Of a DNA stretch of 64,000 nucleotides, positions 62,201 through 64,000 are shown one piece after another. This stretch comes from Pseudomonadota bacterium (lineage in GTDB: Bacteria > Pseudomonadota > Alphaproteobacteria > Sphingomonadales > Sphingomonadaceae), in assembly GCA_046734995.1 (NCBI GenBank), contig JBKPSK010000005.1, positions 1,150 to 65,149 on the forward strand, written 5' to 3'. The position numbers and the translations under genes were made by a program. The notes beneath the pieces were generated by a model, which was not told the origin of the DNA, made no database searches, and was given only the letters and a program-made list of their open reading frames with translations. Every line of letters starts with the position of its first letter. Positions within the stretch are counted from its first letter, which is position 1.

Positions 62201-62393
62201 GACTTCGACCGGCGCCGGTGCCGAACTTCGCCAGGCGCTGGGCACGGCTGTCTTCTTCGGAATGATCGGAGTGACGGCGTTCGGGCTGATCTATACGCCC
62301 ACTTTCTATGTCGTCAGCCGCACTGGGGCCGATCGCCTCGCCCGCTGGCGGAGCCGCCGCGGCGGCGCGCCCGCGCTTCAGCCTGCGGAATGA
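59226..62393 (+). CDS. HAE1 RND efflux permease (MexF/BpeF-like)
   Basis: FIDRPIFA, LPVAQYP, IGIVVDDAIVVVENVER, AKNAILIVEFA, RLRPILMTS. Confidence 0.97.
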   Translation: MRLSRIFIDRPIFAAVIAIIITLVGAISYLSLPVAQYPEVVPPTITISASYPGASAETVSDTVASPIEQQINGVDDMIYMSSQSTGDGRVTITVTFKLGTNLDKAQVLVQNRVAIAEPALPEEVRRLGVVTRKSLPSWLMAINIISPDHSRDRAYMSNYILSQVRDRLTRVDGIGDVQIFGGRDYAMRVWIDPGRAAARGMTAGEVVAALRAQNVQVASGTVGQPPYDNGSAFQLNVETQGRFKDPQEFARIIVKTAPDGSITRVADIARVELGADDYGVNGYLSGEESLILGITQRPGTNALAAAQGVLNEMESASKEFPAGVAYRVIWNPTEFISKSMEAVQVTLLEAIALVVLVIIVFLQSWRAAVIPVVAIPVSLIGAFAVLAGLGYSLNTLSMFGLVLAIGIVVDDAIVVVENVERNLEKGLTPREAARRSMDEVSTALVAIVLVLCAVFVPTMFLTGLSGEFYRQFAVTISSATLISLLLSLTLSPALAALLLKPRDEAPGAGFRRMLHSAGDWFNRNFNRFSAWYGRVTAKLINNPRKVLLTYGGLIAGTVALFLMTPSGFIPAQDQGYALAVVQLPPGSSISRTDAVLKKVAARLVKIEGVQDAVMFAGFDGASGTQSSNAGAAYLAFKGYGWRSKHGRSEAAIMDDMRKAVSDIDEAMVFVVSPPVIQGIGSGGFRMIIQDRGDVGFKAMEGAAFAFMGQAAQTPGLANVFTLYNAATPRVYADVDRTKADMLGVDPSKVFEALQVYLGSAYVNDFNLLGRTYHVTAQADSRFRDDTADIAQLKTRSATGEMVPIGSIATFQDRTGPYRVTRYNLFPAIEMDGEAAPGFSTGQAMEQMEKVAQSLGPAFRTEWTDIAYQQRAAGNTAGIVFGLAVVFVFLVLAAQFESLTLPVAVILIVPMTLLAAMIGVNLRGMDNNILTQIGLIVLIALAAKNAILIVEFAKQAEERGASIVDAAVEAARIRLRPILMTSFAFILGTLPLVTSTGAGAELRQALGTAVFFGMIGVTAFGLIYTPTFYVVSRTGADRLARWRSRRGGAPALQPAE

Positions 62394-62538
62394 GCAGGTC
62401 CGGTTGGCATGAAGCTTGCGAGGTAGGGATGATGGGCCAGTCGGGATTCAACAGCCAGAAGGCTCGGGGCGACGCGCGCAATTTGCCGTCGAGCGTCCGA
62501 ATTCGGACACTTACGTACGAATCCGGACATTCAAGGAG

Positions 62539-62612
62539 TGGAGGCCCGAGCCGGAATCGAACCGGCGTGCAAGGATTTGCAGTCCTCTGCGTAACCACTC
62601 CGCCATCGGGCC
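62539..62612 (-). tRNA. tRNA-Cys(GCA)
   Basis: Reverse complement GGCCCGATGGCGGAGTGGTTACGCAGAGGACTGCAAATCCTTGCACGCCGGTTCGATTCCGGCTCGGGCCTCCA; 74 nt. Confidence 0.97.
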
Positions 62613-62808
62613 CCGCGGAAGCGGGGAAATGGTCGGGGCGTCCGATATTGTCAACCGGCGGTTCCGGCCGAGAGGGCCATTCGTCTTCTCGCCTTTTCGA
62701 CCGGCGGCGGTCACCGCCGCTTGGCCTCTCGGTCCCCGGACGATATGGACGGCCTTGCATGGCCAGTGTATTACTGGCATATAACAGTTGACGAACCTCG
62801 AGGACTTG

Positions 62809-63390
62809 ATGTCGCTTCATTCGCCTGACTTTGCCGCTGCCCGGCGCGCCATGATCGACAGCCAGCTGAAGCCGGAGGGCGTCACCGATCCCGCCGTGCT
62901 TGCCGCCATGGCCTCCGTGCCACGTGAGCAGTTCGTGCCGGAGGCAGTGCGTTCGCTCGCTTACTCCGATCGCCCCCTCGACCTCGGCGAAGGCAGGGTC
63001 CTGATGCCGCCCGCTGCCCTCGCGAAGCTGCTAACCGAACTTGAGCCGCGCGCCGGCGAGCGCGCGCTCGTCGTCGGTTCGGGCAATGGCTATGCGGCCA
63101 AGGTACTCGAAGCGCTCGGCCTGACTGTTGATCTTGCCGATGGCGCGGACGCCGCCGGCAAGGCAAGCTACGACCTCATCCTGATCGACGGCGCCGTCGA
63201 GGAAGTGCCGCCGGGACTGGTTGCCCGCCTGGCTCCCGAAGGCCGCCTTGGCACCGCCATCGCTGACAGCGGTGTCACTCGGCTGGCGATCGGCCGCGTC
63301 GCCGGCGGCGCGCTCGGCCTTCGCCGTTTTGCCGATTCCGAAGTCCCTATCCTTCCCGGCTTCGCCCGACCACGGGTTTTCACCTTCTGA
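62809..63390 (+). CDS. pcm: Protein-L-isoaspartate O-methyltransferase family protein
   Basis: ARRAMIDSQL, VPREQFVP, LAYSD, YDLILIDGAV; pcm-tolC synteny. Confidence 0.88.
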   Translation: MSLHSPDFAAARRAMIDSQLKPEGVTDPAVLAAMASVPREQFVPEAVRSLAYSDRPLDLGEGRVLMPPAALAKLLTELEPRAGERALVVGSGNGYAAKVLEALGLTVDLADGADAAGKASYDLILIDGAVEEVPPGLVARLAPEGRLGTAIADSGVTRLAIGRVAGGALGLRRFADSEVPILPGFARPRVFTF

Positions 63391-63404
63391 CGATGGAGTG
63401 CTTG

Positions 63405-64000
63405 TTGAAGCGTCATCTTATCATCGGCGCGCTGGTCGCTGTCTTGCTTGCGGAGACCGCCTCGGCGGACACGCTGCGCGAGGCGCTGAACTCGACCTAT
63501 CGGACCAACCCGACACTGAACGCGCAGCGTGAGACCCTGAAGTCGACCGACGCCGGAGTGGCCATCGCCCGCGCCGCCGGCCGGCCCACCATAACCGGAA
63601 CCGCCGGCGTCACCCGCGACATCACCCGCAGCGGCCGCTTCGATGTCGGCACCGGCAAGGGCCCATTCTTCACCAGCAGCGTCGATCTTGCCTATCCGGT
63701 CTTCCAGGGCGGCACGGTCAAGAACAACGTCAAGGCGTCCAAGGAGCGCGCCGAAGCCGGCCGGGCGACCCTGCGCGCCGTCGAAGGCGACGTCTTCACC
63801 GAAGCGGTCGCCGCCTACATGGACGTGATGCGCGACCGGGCGACAGTCGAGCTCAACCAGAATAATGTGAGGGTGCTGCAGACCAACCTGGAAGCGACGC
63901 GCGACCGCTTCGAGATCGGCGATGTCACCCGCACCGACGTCGCCCAGTCTGAAGCGCGCCTGTCTCTCGCCCGGTCGCGGCTGCTCCTCGCCATGGGCCG
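63405..64000 (+). CDS. tolC: TolC family outer-membrane protein (partial, runs off window)
   Basis: TTG start after GGAG; DTLREAL..TNPTLNAQRE, RDRFEIGDVTRTDVAQSEARL; not in ORF track. Confidence 0.92.
   Translation, partial: MKRHLIIGALVAVLLAETASADTLREALNSTYRTNPTLNAQRETLKSTDAGVAIARAAGRPTITGTAGVTRDITRSGRFDVGTGKGPFFTSSVDLAYPVFQGGTVKNNVKASKERAEAGRATLRAVEGDVFTEAVAAYMDVMRDRATVELNQNNVRVLQTNLEATRDRFEIGDVTRTDVAQSEARLSLARSRLLLAMG

Noticed and set aside
56500-62612. Integrative element at tRNA-Cys carrying the RND pump
   Set aside because: No integrase and no duplicated tRNA 3' end found at the far side

Overview
High-GC alphaproteobacterial chromosomal DNA. Gene content, synteny and repeat types point to Sphingomonadaceae (Sphingomonas-like). 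Most of the window is core genome: tRNA-Ala(CGC), rimP-nusA-DUF448-infB-rbfA..tdk..truB-rpsO-pnp, trmB-metK-lnt, the nifU-tsaB-rimI-mucR-fur-acyltransferase-miaB-phoH-ybeY-corC block, a valine-degradation (mms) operon, rnr, kynU-dcd/dnaB, an L,D-transpeptidase, astD-selO, SCO/PCuAC, tRNA-Cys and pcm-tolC. The accessory or unusual parts are: (1) a five-gene module at 17.7-21.4 kb (ECF sigma, zinc anti-sigma, subtilase, TorF-like barrel, small secreted two-Cys protein) in which the same TGAACC-N16-SCAC motif precedes both the sigma gene and the small protein; (2) a 584-bp unit upstream of tRNA-Ala bounded by an exact 29-bp direct repeat, with covarying GTCC-GGR-GGAC hairpins; (3) a 33-codon OmpA-like stub with its own RBS and terminator; (4) a type III PKS plus methyltransferase pair; (5) a TetR-controlled RND pump with no outer-membrane factor of its own. 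I saw no integrase, transposase or CRISPR array. All calls come from reading motifs by eye. No database searches were run, and several start codons were adjusted from the ORF track by judgement.
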